Source: Eledone cirrhosa | Lineage: Eukaryota | Reading direction: 5' to 3' | DNA length: 64,000 nucleotides | Assembly (NCBI GenBank): GCA_964016885.1 | Contig: OZ024743.1 | Coordinates: 326,492,001 to 326,556,000, forward strand | Shown: positions 13,143 to 27,116 of the stretch, piece after piece | How positions within the stretch are numbered: position 1 is the first letter of the stretch | Layout of the letters: each line of letters opens with the position of its first letter | Program-made: the position numbers and the translations under genes | The notes under the pieces: generated by a model | Told to the model about the DNA's origin: nothing | What the model saw: the letters and a program-made list of their open reading frames with translations, nothing else | Databases searched by the model: none

Positions 13143-13182
<40 letters not shown>

Positions 13183-13224
13183 ACCTCCTCCACATAATCA
13201 ATATAATCCCTGTCGTCCTCTTCT

Positions 13225-13441
13225 TTCTCATCATCATCATCAACCTGGTCATCCACTCCTGCCTTTCCCCACCACCTCTTCCTCAATCTCCTCATCATCA
13301 TTATCGTCGCCGTCGTTGTCGTCGTCATCGTCGTCATCATCATCATCATCATCATCACATCATCATCATCCTTATCATCATCATCATCATCATCTTCATC
13401 ATTATCATCATTATCATCATCGCCGTCGTCATCGTCGTCGT
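13225..13441. repeat. Degenerate (CAT/CGT)n trinucleotide repeat
   Basis: Visible catcatcat / cgtcgtcat tract. Confidence 0.85.
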
Positions 13442-13475
13442 ATAAAATGTATAAAAACTATTATTCAAGTATTTT

Positions 13476-13653
13476 AATAATTGTTTCTACTTTAGGCACA
13501 AGGCCAGCAAATACCCAGTGCATTACTGGTACTTTATTTTATCGACCCCGTAAGGATGAAAGGCAAAGTCAACCTCGGCGGGATTTGAACTCAGATCGTA
13601 AAGGGACGTAACTATGCTGGAAAGCATGGCGTCCGACCCACTGCCAATCCACC
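13476..13653 (-). mobile_element. tRNA-derived SINE family 1
   Basis: Reverse complement of the copy at 22208; B box gagttcaaatcc, core gcctttcatccttacggggtcgataaaataaagtaccag. Confidence 0.9.
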
Positions 13654-13690
13654 ATGATGATTTTATGTATGTATTATGTGCGTGTGTATG

Positions 13691-13739
<49 letters not shown>

Positions 13740-13746
<7 letters not shown>

Positions 13747-13984
13747 CCTCACCACAGGACACTTCTCCATCCATCCACTCCATACCATGGAAAATATCCA
13801 CCATCTCTTCTCACACTCGATGGAACTACCTCAGGAACTTACCCATGAACATACACTCACTTTCTTTTTTCGCACCACGCCACCTACATCCACGCTACAT
13901 ATAAACACAAACACACACGTGCGTACCCCCACTTATATTCACTCTCAACCTCCGGAATCCAGAACATGGAACCTCGTCCTTCTT

Positions 13985-14019
<35 letters not shown>

Positions 14020-14362
14020 ACACCTATACACACACACAAACAGCACCTTCAGCCTTCCCTGCTTCGACCCCCCCCCCCACGCCTCCCTCGCCCAACTTCA
14101 CCCGTCACCACCCTTACACGCCTCACACCCTTCCACCACTTGCTCATCTTATTGTTAATTCTTATGTTTATTTAACGTTTATTTTTATTTTTATTTTTAT
14201 TTGTTCTCCTTCCCCTTTTTTTCTAAATGTATTTCCACACACCTCGGAACTCTCTTCCTGAAGAAGGGCTTATGCCCGAAACGCCGTGTCCCCCATCTCA
14301 AAAGCGTGAACCTAATAAACCATTATTTGTCTGCCTCTCTGTTTTGTTCCCGTATAAATTTG

Positions 14363-14365
<3 letters not shown>
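13740..14365 (+). mobile_element. Non-coding Penelope-like 3'/pLTR fragment with a minimal hammerhead motif, between (TA)n tracts
   Basis: CTGAAGA-a-GGGC-ttat-GCCC-GAAA at about 14258. Shares catggaacctcgt and aagcgt(g/t)aacctaata with 54850-55540(-), and the latter motif with 44947-45657. Confidence 0.6.
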
Positions 14366-14413
<48 letters not shown>

Positions 14414-14517
14414 CACAGACACACACACACATATATATATATATTTAAGAAGAAATTAAAAGATGGTTAAAAAAGTTCTATGTATTTTATTATGCGCATT
14501 TCAAAAACAAATATCAT

Positions 14518-14598
<81 letters not shown>

Positions 14599-14636
14599 AG
14601 AAAATTGTAGTTTACTTGAAGCATTGCGTAGTTAGG

Positions 14637-16475
14637 TATAAACGTTTTGAGTTAGAAGGCCAGGACAATGCAGGTATGGATATAGAATATAAATATAAAT
14701 GCAAAAGATATTGCTGACAATTAGTCTTTTACCTTAAATTTATTTGAATATTCTTAATTTTCGAGATAATATCTCTTCTTCGGAGGGAAGTAAAGGGGTT
14801 AATCCAGTGTTCTAATTAGCTTGCCAAGTCATGCTGACAGGAAATAGTAAAGAAACTCCATTCTATTTCTAATGTCAAAGAGTGAAGGTTAGGTGGATAA
14901 AGGGTTGTCTCCCTTTAAAAAGGTTTGGCCATGTATGTCTAAGTGTGTGTGGGAGAATATGTGAAGGTGTAAGCATGCGTGTGTGTGTGAGTGTGAGAGG
15001 ACATGTTTATATGTAAATGTGGGCGCATGTTTATATGTAAATGTGGGGGCATGTTATAACTGGTCTATGTGTGTGTGTGTGTGAGAGAGAATAAGTGAAG
15101 GTGTAAGCGTGCGTGTGTGTGTGTGTGTGTGTGAGATGGTACGCGGAGGTGTAAGTGTAGGGCTAGGTGCTCTATCATGTTTAAAATTGGGTGTTGAGTT
15201 CTAGTCTGTTTTTGATTGGTGGTTGTGTTTTGTCTATAATAAGTGCTTCTTTAATTCTAAGATTGCCGAGGTTTCTTTCCTTAGCTTCTATCCTAACTGT
15301 TATGTTTGTGTCGGTGTTTTTGCATTTCACTAGGTGTTTCTTAAATGAGGAAGCGTTAGTGTTGAGGTGTTCTTTTATTCTAATATGAAGTGGTCTGGTG
15401 GTGTTACCTATATAGAAATTGTTGCATTTATCGCACTCTAATCTGTATACGACGTAAGCCTGGTGGCATAGGTCTGTGTCGTTGATGGGGCAGTTGGCTA
15501 GCCTGCAGCGGCTGTCGTGTCTGGAGGAGTGTCATTTGGTTAGCTGTCCGCGTAGAGAAGGACCTGAGTTGGCCAGTTGGATATCTAGTCCCTCTCGTCT
15601 GATAGCTCTGCGGATGGCTGTTGTTGTTTCGTCACTGAAGTGTGGGAGCTTCAGGAAGCAGGTATTAGTGCCTCGGGTGTGGTGTCCTCTGTTGTTTCTG
15701 GCACGGATCGCGGTGGATGTCGGGTATCCGTTCAGTTTAAGTACTTCCAGGAAATGTGTGGTGTGTGTGTCCCGGTCTCTTGCGTCGGTGCATTTGTTCT
15801 GGATACGTGCCAGTTCGTTCCTTATGTATCCGAAGTTAGCGCTGACTGGGAGGCTGATCTGAAATGTACGAACAGGTCCCTGCTGGCGGCTTTTTTATAG
15901 AAGCAGGTGTGGATGTCGCCATCCTCTGTTACCCTGAGCTGGAAGTCCAGTAGGGATAGGGATCCGCGGTCATCGGGGTGTTCCATGCTGAACTTTATAT
16001 TGGCGTCCATGCTGGAGAATGTCATGTATATCCGCTTCTTCACGGGATGATGTAAGGATGAATATGTCATCTACATATCGGGTGAAGAAGGTATAGGAAT
16101 GGCAGGTGTTGAGGGCTCGGCATTCCAGCTGGTTCATATAAACCATTCTTATATGAACCAGCTGGAATACCATTCCTATACCTTCTTCACCCGATATGTA
16201 GATGACATAGAAGCTAAGAAAAGAAACCTCGGCAATCTTTGACATTAGAAATAGAATGGAATTTATTTACTATTTCCTGTCAGCATGACTTGGCAAGCTA
16301 ATTAGAACACTGGATTAACCCCTTTACTTCCCTCCGAAGAAGAGATATCTCGAAAATTAAGGATATTCAAATAAATTTAAGGTAAAAGACTAATTGTCAG
16401 CAATATCTTTTGCATTTATATTTATATTCTATATCCATACCTGCATTGTTCTGGCCTTCTAGGTTCAAACGTTTA

Positions 16476-16476
<1 letters not shown>
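14637..16476 (-). mobile_element. Penelope-like element, 5'-truncated, with inverted terminal pLTR-like repeats
   Basis: Minus-strand RT C-terminus (FTRYVDD) and GIY-YIG, near identical to 23420-24300(+). About 14640-14880 is the reverse complement of about 16236-16475. Confidence 0.88.
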
Positions 16477-17980
<1,504 letters not shown>

Positions 17981-19831
17981 TATGCACCTATGTCTTTTGC
18001 TCCCTGAATCTAACTACGCAGAATAATAAAAATTCCCTTGGTAGTCAAAAAGACGAAGCTGTTTGGTCAATGACGTTGCTTACACGGAACTATAAAAGAA
18101 GTGTGCGGCACTATCCTCTGTTGATTCCTAAAAGGGGAATTTACCAAACTGTCTTCTTTTGTTCCAGCTTCAGAAAAACTGACAGGTTTTAGTGAGACAG
18201 TTAGCTATTGTAAGAACTTCGTCATACAAAAGTGATTGTATAAACAAAATGGCCGACAATTTTCTATAAGATTTTTATTTTTGTCTATCTCTATAGATCC
18301 TATTTTGCATTTTATATTTCGTTCGTTCCACAATTTGTATATCTATCAGATTTAGCAATATAGTTGTTATTTCTGTGCTACATATTTACTCTTCTCTTTT
18401 ATATATAACGGTCTTAAAATTCTTTACTAAACAGAAAATACTGTCCGACAATGATGCAGTCTTCAAACACACACACACATGTGTGTTTTTATTTGTGTGT
18501 ATGTACATACATATATGTGTGTACGCGTGTGTGTGTATGCGAATGTGTGCTTGCGAATTCACGTTTGTTTTATATGTATGCATGTATGTATGAATGGATG
18601 TATGGATGTATGTATATATAGATGGTTGCATGTGCGTATGTGTATGTATATATATATATTCGTGACGTGTATGTGTTCGGCCACTTTGACTATTCAAAAT
18701 AGGCTCACACCCATAAGTCTGTTTTATAATAACATCCTTCAGATGATGTCTGAGAATTATTTGTGTGTTAAAAAGTGCGGTGGATTCTCAGTATCGGTAG
18801 TGCTTCGGACAACATGCTTTGCGGCATAGAGTTGCGTCAGAGAGCAGAGAGCCGAAACTAATACTTCAAAGCATTCTATCCGATGTTCTAACAACTCTGC
18901 CAATTCGCCATCTTAATATGAGTATGAAGATTTTAAAATGAGCAGTTGTGTATCGAAAACCAGGCCTGTTTCAGTCAGTTTGGTATTAAAAGGAACATAT
19001 GGAACCTCATTTGAAGCAATGAAAACATAAATTCTTATGGAGAAAGACAATGTGTTCGATATTAGTTCTACGATTTAGAGGCTCATAGAACTCACCAACT
19101 CGCTGTAATTATTATATCGGTCATGTAGAAAGTGAACAAATACGACTTAAAGATAAAATAAATTTATTAATGCTGAATAGGATTAATGCCGAATTTATTA
19201 ATACATTATAATAGGAATCCATCAGTTAATGGTGTTGTTGTTGTTGTGGTTGTTGCTGTTGGTACTTCTGTTACTGTTATTGTAGTTGTTGTCTAGCTTC
19301 AGGTCAACCTTAATTCAGCAGATCTATGGTTGAAGTCCTTCCTGCTGAGAATAACTTGTCTTTATTTTGTGACTACATTATCTAATGTGCTTATATTATC
19401 CTATGTGTCTTCATTATTCAGTATTTCTTCTTTAAGAACATAAGGCATAATTTCATGAAGATACCTTTATTAATTGTTGTAGATCGAGCCACCGTGTAAA
19501 GGTTCTCGCGTTAAATCGGGAGTTGTTCGTGAAAGGTAGCATAGTAACATAAGAAAATACTTTTGTTTTTGTTTATATTTTAGTGTGGGGTGTCATTGGA
19601 TGCGACTTTTTCTTATACATTAGTGAGAAGAAGGAAAACATTAAGTATGACCATTACATGACCCCCCCCCCCACCACCACCACCACCATCGCAGACCAAT
19701 GACAGCAAGAAAAAACGTGAAGTGGAGGGATCTGGAGGTGTGGGCCGAATATTGAAACAGATTGAACATCACTAAAGACATAAATGAACCAGGTTGTGTG
19801 TGTTTGGTTCTAATTTTGTCGTTGTAGTTGC

Positions 19832-20220
19832 TGGTTGGCCGAAGGGTTAAGGTACGCTCTTCAAAATCATTAGGCTTTGGGTTCGATCTAACTGTGTGGC
19901 ATCTTAGGCATGTGTCAATTACCATAGCCTCGGGTCTACCCATACCTTGAGATGGAAATTTGCTAGACGGCATTTGTTTGAAAGCTCGCCAGGTAAGCTG
20001 TTCTTGTGATTCAAAGAGCATACCTTGTCACATAGTGTGTGATGAATCTCCTTTAGAATCACATTAAAGGTACATGTGTCTGTGGAATACTCAACCCCTA
20101 ATACATTCATTTCATGTGCAGGCTGATCCATTGATCGAACAACTGAAGCGCTCATCGTCGAAACCGACGAAAGTCCATCGATCGATACCGTTTGTCGGGC
20201 TGAAAGCGAGTGAAACATAC
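19832..20220 (+). mobile_element. tRNA-derived SINE family 2 (CORE-like), diverged
   Basis: A box ttggccgaagggttaagg, B box ggttcgatct, ggcatcttaggcatgtgtc core; the body matches the minus-strand copies at 47-52 kb. Confidence 0.7.
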
Positions 20221-20914
20221 ATCAAATTTACAATTCCGTTGCTTCCAAAAGCAGTAAATTGTTCCTTTGTTGTGTTGATAAGGTGTAGCCAATGAATACG
20301 GTCAAGTTAATCAGAGGTGAGCCTTTCTAAACTAGTGACACTTATACAGCCGCCAAAACCTAACCCTGGGGTCAATATCCGCAAGAAACGGGGGACAGGT
20401 AGGTAAACAAGTGATCTTTAGTGTAAACACTTGTAACAGAGAAACCTATATTAAATGAATACAAGAGAATGTTATTGGTGTTAATTTAGCAGCTCGACAG
20501 CCTGTATAAAGAAGTCTAATCACCAAAGGCTTTCATTCCATAACCATTTGGTGGAAGACGGTATAGGAATGCATTATCGAATATATCATTCTATTTTTCA
20601 AGTATATTTGGCTATTAATTCTAGCATATCCATTATCAACCGCATACTCGCTCACACGGCGTTGGGTTTGTTAAATCTACCACATTGACAATAAAATATC
20701 TAGAATATGGATACCTATCTCTGCTAGTGAGTGAACATGAAACATCGAACTCTCAGCAGTCAATCAACAACATAATCCACGTCGCCACATGTATGTAACC
20801 TCCATCGGTTCCGAAAACAAACGTTCCAGCTCTTTGACAAAAGGAACTGCCTGACCTCGAAATTAACGTAATTCCCATGGAAATTCAGCGAGTGTAAACT
20901 ACAGGTACAAATCA

Positions 20915-21060
20915 GTTTTGACAGCTGAGTAGACAGAGCAACGTGATTTAATGTGAACTAGAGTAATGTGTCTTGCTCATGGACACAGTGCACCTCCGGG
21001 AATCGAAATCATAATCATTCAATCACAAGGTGAACACCTCAACCCCAAAGCTACGTGCAT
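20915..21060 (-). mobile_element. Degraded SINE fragment
   Basis: gcaacgtga...tgtcttgctcatggacacag...gggaatcgaa resembles a reversed tRNA head plus core; a similar piece lies at about 42155-42190. Confidence 0.45.
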
Positions 21061-21551
21061 ACAATACCCTCAAATGCATTTTAAACCATCTCTAAACGTA
21101 ATAGACTCGCCCGACCACAGGTTCTGGTCATTGTGCTCATGGAAAATTATTTTTTTTTAGTATTTCTGTTGAAGAGGTAAAGCGGTGGTAACTATTAGCT
21201 TCATCACGTGGTCAACAATAAACCATATGATAATGTGAGGGAGACTGAATTATGAGATTAGTGTGGGTGGAAAATTAGATCGATACATATCACTTCTCGC
21301 CATTTCCATGTCAGCTAGTTATAAAAGTGATTACGTTTAAATGTGTCTGTCTGTGCGTGGGGTGTGCGTGGGGGTGCATGTGAGGAATGGTGCGTGTGAG
21401 GGGTGGGGTTCGTCTGTGTGTGTGTTTGACTGCATATCATTGCGGGGGAGAGGGGGATTTATGTTCAAATCGAATGTTATATTTCTGAATGTTGGGCATC
21501 CCGCAGGATTTTGTGTGTGTGTGTGTGTGTGATATCACATTCAGTGTGATA

Positions 21552-21590
<39 letters not shown>

Positions 21591-21672
21591 CATATATATA
21601 TATAAGCTTCCTTGGTAAGGTGGTGGGTTTTTAAACATCTTGTGGGACGAAAAACAAAAGGTAGATAGATGC

Positions 21673-21780
<108 letters not shown>

Positions 21781-21819
21781 GTGTGTGCATGTATAGGCAT
21801 GTATGCATATATGTGATGT

Positions 21820-21915
21820 GTTCTATTCCCAAGGAAGACGATCCCTCAGAACCTACCAACTATCGTAATATTGAACTTACGTCTAGTATCTCAACCATTA
21901 AAACTGACGTTCTCT

Positions 21916-21978
<63 letters not shown>

Positions 21979-22060
21979 TCTCTCTCTCTTTCTCTTTCTC
22001 TCTCCTTAATAACCAACAATATGGCTTCCATAAAACAAGAAGTACCGTTGACTTAATCTA
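21820..22060 (+). pseudogene. Degraded LINE RT fragment (CR1/Jockey-like) interrupted by (CT)n
   Basis: IPKEDDPSEPTNYRNIELTSSIS ... LLNNQQYGFHKTRST resemble the P-K..D....NYRPI.LTS and QYGF...RST motifs. Confidence 0.55.
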
Positions 22061-22102
22061 ATATATATTTCACCAGTATGCTCTTGCCTTTGAGCAGGCT
22101 TG

Positions 22103-22458
22103 TCAACTTTCCCAGTCCGTCGTGTAGATCTCCCATTCAGTTTGGGGTGGGTGAGACATGTCTTCTCTAGCGAAAATGGGTTTAGCTTTCATTATGTAAA
22201 ATCTCCCGGTGGATTGGCAGTATCAGTAGAGGGTCGGACGCCATGCTTTCCAGCATAGTTACGTCCCTTTACGATCTGAGTTCAAATCCCGCCGAGGTTG
22301 ACTTTGCCTTTCATCCTTACGGGGTCGATAAAATAAAGTACCAGTAATACACTGGGTAATTGCTGGCCTTGTGCCTAAAGTAGAAACAATTATGTAAAAT
22401 CTCCCCATTTTGCATCATTTCTCCCCGTTTTGGGGCACTTTTTTTCATGGCAAGTCTG
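22103..22458. mobile_element. Putative hAT-type MITE relic hosting a SINE
   Basis: Imperfect TIRs caggcttgtca / tggcaagtctg. Confidence 0.4.
22208..22389 (+). mobile_element. SINE family 1, full length, with TSD attatgtaaaatctccc
   Basis: A box tggcagtatcagtag, B box gagttcaaatcc; direct repeat on both flanks. Confidence 0.92.
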
Positions 22459-22734
22459 CTTTGAGAAATTGTGTGAAAGCAATATTGTTGTCTACGACCT
22501 CTGGTTGAAATTTTCGCAATTCGAGCTTAAAATGAATTTCTATAGTAAATGAAAGGAAATTTGACTAGAAATAGTTAAACCAGTGGAAATGGAAGTAGAT
22601 GAAAACTATTTTAGAAGAGAAGAAAGAAATAACATATTGAACCAGTTAAATAAACAAGATCATCTATAAACAGTTTATATATAGTTGCATTTGTGTTCGT
22701 GTGTAGGTGTGCGTATAGAAAACAATTATCACTG

Positions 22735-22787
<53 letters not shown>

Positions 22788-22789
<2 letters not shown>

Positions 22790-24310
22790 ACAACCTAGCC
22801 TTTGAACACCTAAGAGTCAATGAATTATACACAGAGATCCCGGACATGACTGCAGCCCAGATCGAAAAACAGACCAACTCCATCTGGTTCGATATCTGTA
22901 GGAGAAGACAACTCCCAAATAAAGTTAAGCTCAACTACACCACTAGAAATAGCAGACTGCCCACTTTCTACCACCTCATCAAGACCCACAAGAATAGTAC
23001 TAAGACGCAAATAAGACCCATCGTCTCTAGCATAGAAGGACCCCTATACAAAATTTCCTGGCTCCTCTCCCAGGTCCTCAAGCCTCTACTCTCCACCTTT
23101 CCCGGGCATGTCAGTAGCTCCGACGAAGTTATACGTAGACTACACCAACTCCAGCCAGAACAACTTAAACTAAATAAATACGCCTTTAGCCTCGACGTTG
23201 TCTCCCTCTACACTACAGTCCCCGCTCATCCAGCTGTCGATTTATTGACGAACTGCGTGGTCGCAGAGGACATCCACTGCTACGGCCTCCACCCGACGGA
23301 CATACACCAGCTTTTGTCCTTCACAGTAAACAACACGTACTTCACCTTCCACCACCACACATACAGACAGACAACAGGATTACCCATGGGATCCAGCCTA
23401 TCGGGCCTGCTGGCAATCACCTACATGAACCAGCTAGAATGCCGAGCCCTCAACACCTGCCATTCCTATACCTTCTTCACCCGATATGTAGATGACATAC
23501 TCATCCTTACATCATCCCGTGAGGAGGCAGATAAAATATACACAACATTCTCCAGCATGGACGCCAGTATAAAGTTCAGCATGGAACACCCCGATGACCG
23601 CGGATCCCTATCCCTACTGGACTTCCAACTCAGGGTAACAGAGGAAGGCAACATCCACACCTGCTTCTATAAAAAAGCCGCCAGCAGGGACCTGTTCGTA
23701 CATTTCAGATCGGCCCTCCCACTCGGTGCTAAGTTCGGATACATAAGGAACGAACTGGCACGTATCAAGAACAAATGCACCGACGCCAGAGACCGAGACA
23801 CACACACCACACATTTCCTGGAAGTACTCAAACTGAACGGATACACGACATCCACCACAAACCGTGCCAGAAAGAACAGAGGACACCACACCCGAGGCAC
23901 TAATACTTGCTTCCTGAAGCTCCCACACTTCAGTGAAGAAACAACAACAGCCATCCGCAGAGCTATCAGACGAGAGGGACTAGATATCCAACTGGCCCAT
24001 CAACGACACAGACCTATGCCACCAGGCTTACGTCGTATACAGACTAGAGTGTGACAAATGCAACAACTTCTACGTAGGTAGCACCACCAGACCACTCCAC
24101 ATAAGAATAAAAGAACACCTCAATACTAACGCTTCCTCATTTAAGAAACACCTAGTTAAATGCAAAAACACCGACAAAACCATAACAGTTAGGATAGAAA
24201 CTAAGGAAAGCAACCTCGGCAATCTTAGAATTAAGGAAGCACTAATTATAGATAAAACACAACCACCAATCAATAATAGACTAGAACTCAACACCCAATT
24301 TATAACCTGA
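22788..24310 (+). pseudogene. PLE polyprotein, frameshifted by a deletion at about 23997 between RT and GIY-YIG
   Basis: ORF 22693..24054 plus a GIY-YIG frame downstream; the deleted linker is retained in the copy at 15490-15575. Confidence 0.88.
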
Positions 24311-24869
24311 TAGAGCTTCTAGCCCCATATTTACACACATCCCACACACACTCACGCACTCACGCGCACACACACACACGCTTACACCTCCACTTATTCT
24401 CTCTCACACATACACACACAAAACCAGTTCCAACACCAGATAACACCTATCCCCCACATTTACGAATAGACATATCTTCTCACACTCACACACACACACT
24501 CACATACTTACACCTTCATGCATTCTCCCACACACTTAAACAGGCATGTATAAAAAAAATAAATAAATAAATTTAAAAAAAAACCCTTTTAAAGGGAGAC
24601 AACTCTTTATCCACCTAATTTTAACTCTTTGACATTAGAGATAGAACAGATACTCTATACCATTTCCTGTCAGCATGACTTGGCAAGCTATTTAGAACAC
24701 TGGTTTGAGAACTTTACTTCCCTCTGAAGAAGAGATATTATCTCGAAAATGAAGGACATTTAAATAAATCTAAGGTAAAAGACTAATTGTCAACAATATC
24801 TTTTGCATTTACATTCTTTATTCTATGTCTATACCTGCATTGTTTTGGCTTTATTATACATATACAAAC

Positions 24870-24873
<4 letters not shown>
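22788..24873 (+). mobile_element. Penelope-like element (RT + GIY-YIG), 5'-truncated, inserted in (TA)n
   Basis: RT motifs LPTFYHLIKTHK, IRPIVS, SLDVVSLYT, GLPMGSSLS, RYVDD; GIY-YIG AYVVYRLEC..CNNFYVGSTTRPLHIRIKEH...IKEALII...IN; pLTR with hammerhead core. Confidence 0.93.
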
Positions 24874-24934
<61 letters not shown>

Positions 24935-24938
<4 letters not shown>

Positions 24939-25073
24939 GTCCAGAATTAGCCGTCGAAACGGCTTGAGCTCAGCTGTCGGGGTCTTACTGGTTCCTATTA
25001 CCCACTCTACTACCCTAAGTATTGAGTACTTTGGTGCGTTATGGTCCACCTGGTTCCTTACCACATTTCCTTC

Positions 25074-25078
<5 letters not shown>
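24935..25078 (+). repeat. Short repeat family carrying the 3' half of a hammerhead (also 43050-43235, 44581-44915)
   Basis: ttagccgtcGAAACGGCTtgagctcAGC(C/T)GTCggggtc ... ttccttaccacatttcct. Confidence 0.7.
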
Positions 25079-25137
<59 letters not shown>

Positions 25138-25239
25138 TCTTTACACACGGCACTAGACAAGATTGTTCCTTCATCATACACTCTCATCCGGGAACAGTTC
25201 TGTATGGCGCCAGTTCGTGATTTGAACTCGGGAATTTTA

Positions 25240-25641
25240 TAGACATATCTTCTCACACTCACTCACACACACTCACATACTTACACCTTCATGCATTCTC
25301 CCACACACTTAAACAGGCATGTATAAAAAAACAAAAAAATAAAATAAAAAAACCTTTTAAAGGGAGACTACTCTTTATCCACCTAATTTTAACTCCTTGA
25401 CATTAGAGATAGAACAGATACTCTATACCTTTTCCTGTCAGCATGACTTGGCAAGCTATTTAGAACACTGGTTTGAGAACTTTACTTCCCTCTGAAGAAG
25501 AGATATTATCTCGAAAATTAAGGACATTTAAATAAATCTAAGGTAAAAGACTAATTGTCAACAATATCTTTTGCATTTGCATTCTTTATTCTATGTCCAT
25601 ACCTGCATTGTTTTGGCTTTATTATACATATACAAACGTTT
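25240..25641 (+). repeat. Second direct copy of the PLE pLTR / 3' region
   Basis: Near identical to about 24466-24873; includes CTGAAGA..GAAA at about 25492. Confidence 0.88.
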
Positions 25642-25936
25642 ATATATATATATATATATATATATCTTTACACACGGCACTAGACAAGATTGTTTCTTCA
25701 TCATACACTCTCATCCGGGAACAGTTCTGTATGGCGCCAGTTCGTGATTTGAACTCGGGAATTTTATATTCTCCGAGTGCGAAGAACCCTCTGACAAAAG
25801 TCTTCTTCTCAATGGGTTTCCGCATGGATTATCCATTTATTTTGAGACTTGAAACCGCGCGGTAAGGGTAATTATAGCAGGTACAGTGAACTTTTTAAAA
25901 TTTATTTTAAAACTTTTTCTTATTTGCTAAACCTTC

Positions 25937-26130
25937 ATGCTAAACCTTGATTGGGAACCCCTACATGGACACACTAGAAGAGGAAGACCAAGGTTAACAT
26001 ATGTTGATGCCCTAAGGACAGACACTGGTCTGTTGGAGATGCAGGATATGGCAGCGATAATGAGGGACAGAGACCGCTGGAGAGAACTCGTCCATGGATC
26101 TCGGGAATTTTACCCGCCTTAGATAGATAT
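25937..26130 (+). mobile_element. 3' fragment of an RTE-like LINE
   Basis: WEPLHGHTRRGRPRLTYVD...DTGL...MRDRDRWRELV, followed by a tagataga tail. Confidence 0.7.
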
Positions 26131-26160
26131 ATATATTTATAAATATTTATATATATATAT

Positions 26161-27073
26161 TTCCTTCCTTGCTCACATTCCAACCAGGTTTGATGGTCTT
26201 TATTCTCTCTCGTTCACAATTTCACCGAATTTTAATTCATAGAAATTTGGGACTTGACTCCTTCTTCCTCACTTTTCGTTGCTTCACCATCTTTGTTTGT
26301 TTACACTCGTGTCCCCTTTATTTACGTGTCCCAACGACTTTTTTTAGCCGTTGCTCGCACCAACCGGAGGTATATGGTCTTTAAAGCGATGAAATACCAA
26401 TGATGGTTGGAAGATCACTGATGAAGGACTAACTTTATTCATATGTAACCCATTAGCAACCCCGCAGCACGTTTATTCTCATATTTACACATATTTTTTT
26501 CCCCGCTGTTACCCGTCTATTTCGTTCTTACTGCTTCCTCTTTCTCTGTATCTTTACCCTCTCTAGCAGTCACTTTCTCTGTTAGCCTCTTCCTCACCCT
26601 TCACTCACTCATTCTCTGTTACTACCTCTCCTCCTCCTCCTTCTTCTTCCCGTTTGACCTGTGCGTAATTATTTTCTTTCGCACCCTCGGTCTGGCAGGT
26701 CGCTTTTTTTCTCTCTTTCGTCTACGATTTCACAGAACTTACGTTCACCGAATTCACAGACTAGATCCCTTCTTCCTCCCGTTAGACCTGTACGGAATTC
26801 CTTCCTTGCTCACATTCCAACCAGGTTTGATGGTCTTTATTCTCTCTCGTTCACGATTTCACCGAATTTAAATTCATAGAAATTTGGGACTTGACTCCTT
26901 CTTCCTCACTTTTCGTTGCTTCACCATCTTTGTTTGTTTACACTCGTGTCCCCTTTATTTACGTGTCCCAACGACTTTTTTAGCCGTTGTTCACACCAAC
27001 CGGAGGTATATGGTCTTTAAAGCGATGAAATACCAATGATGGTTGGAAGATCACTGATGAAGGACTAACTTTA

Positions 27074-27080
<7 letters not shown>
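26161..27080 (+). repeat. Interspersed repeat family with an internal ~280 bp direct duplication (26161-26445 vs 26798-27080)
   Basis: Reverse copy at 42543-43040; diverged reverse relatives at 27115-27620, 53150-53610 and 53670-54060; bordered by (TA)n. Confidence 0.8.

Positions 27081-27116
<36 letters not shown>

Larger units (their letters stand above)
8634..13181 (+). mobile_element. Tx1/L1-clade LINE copy C, internally deleted, directly downstream of copy B's (ATT)n tail
   Basis: ORF1 remnants 8838..9707, ORF2 remnants 9742..12893, 3' end aataaagaaaac(att)n. Confidence 0.92.

Noticed and set aside
18022-18185. Possible plus-strand exon (ctaactacgcag ... gacag/gtttta)
   Set aside because: Weak donor and an unrecognisable peptide; insufficient support.
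22208-22295. tRNA gene
   Set aside because: A and B boxes are present but belong to a SINE head; no complete cloverleaf, and the SINE core and tail follow.
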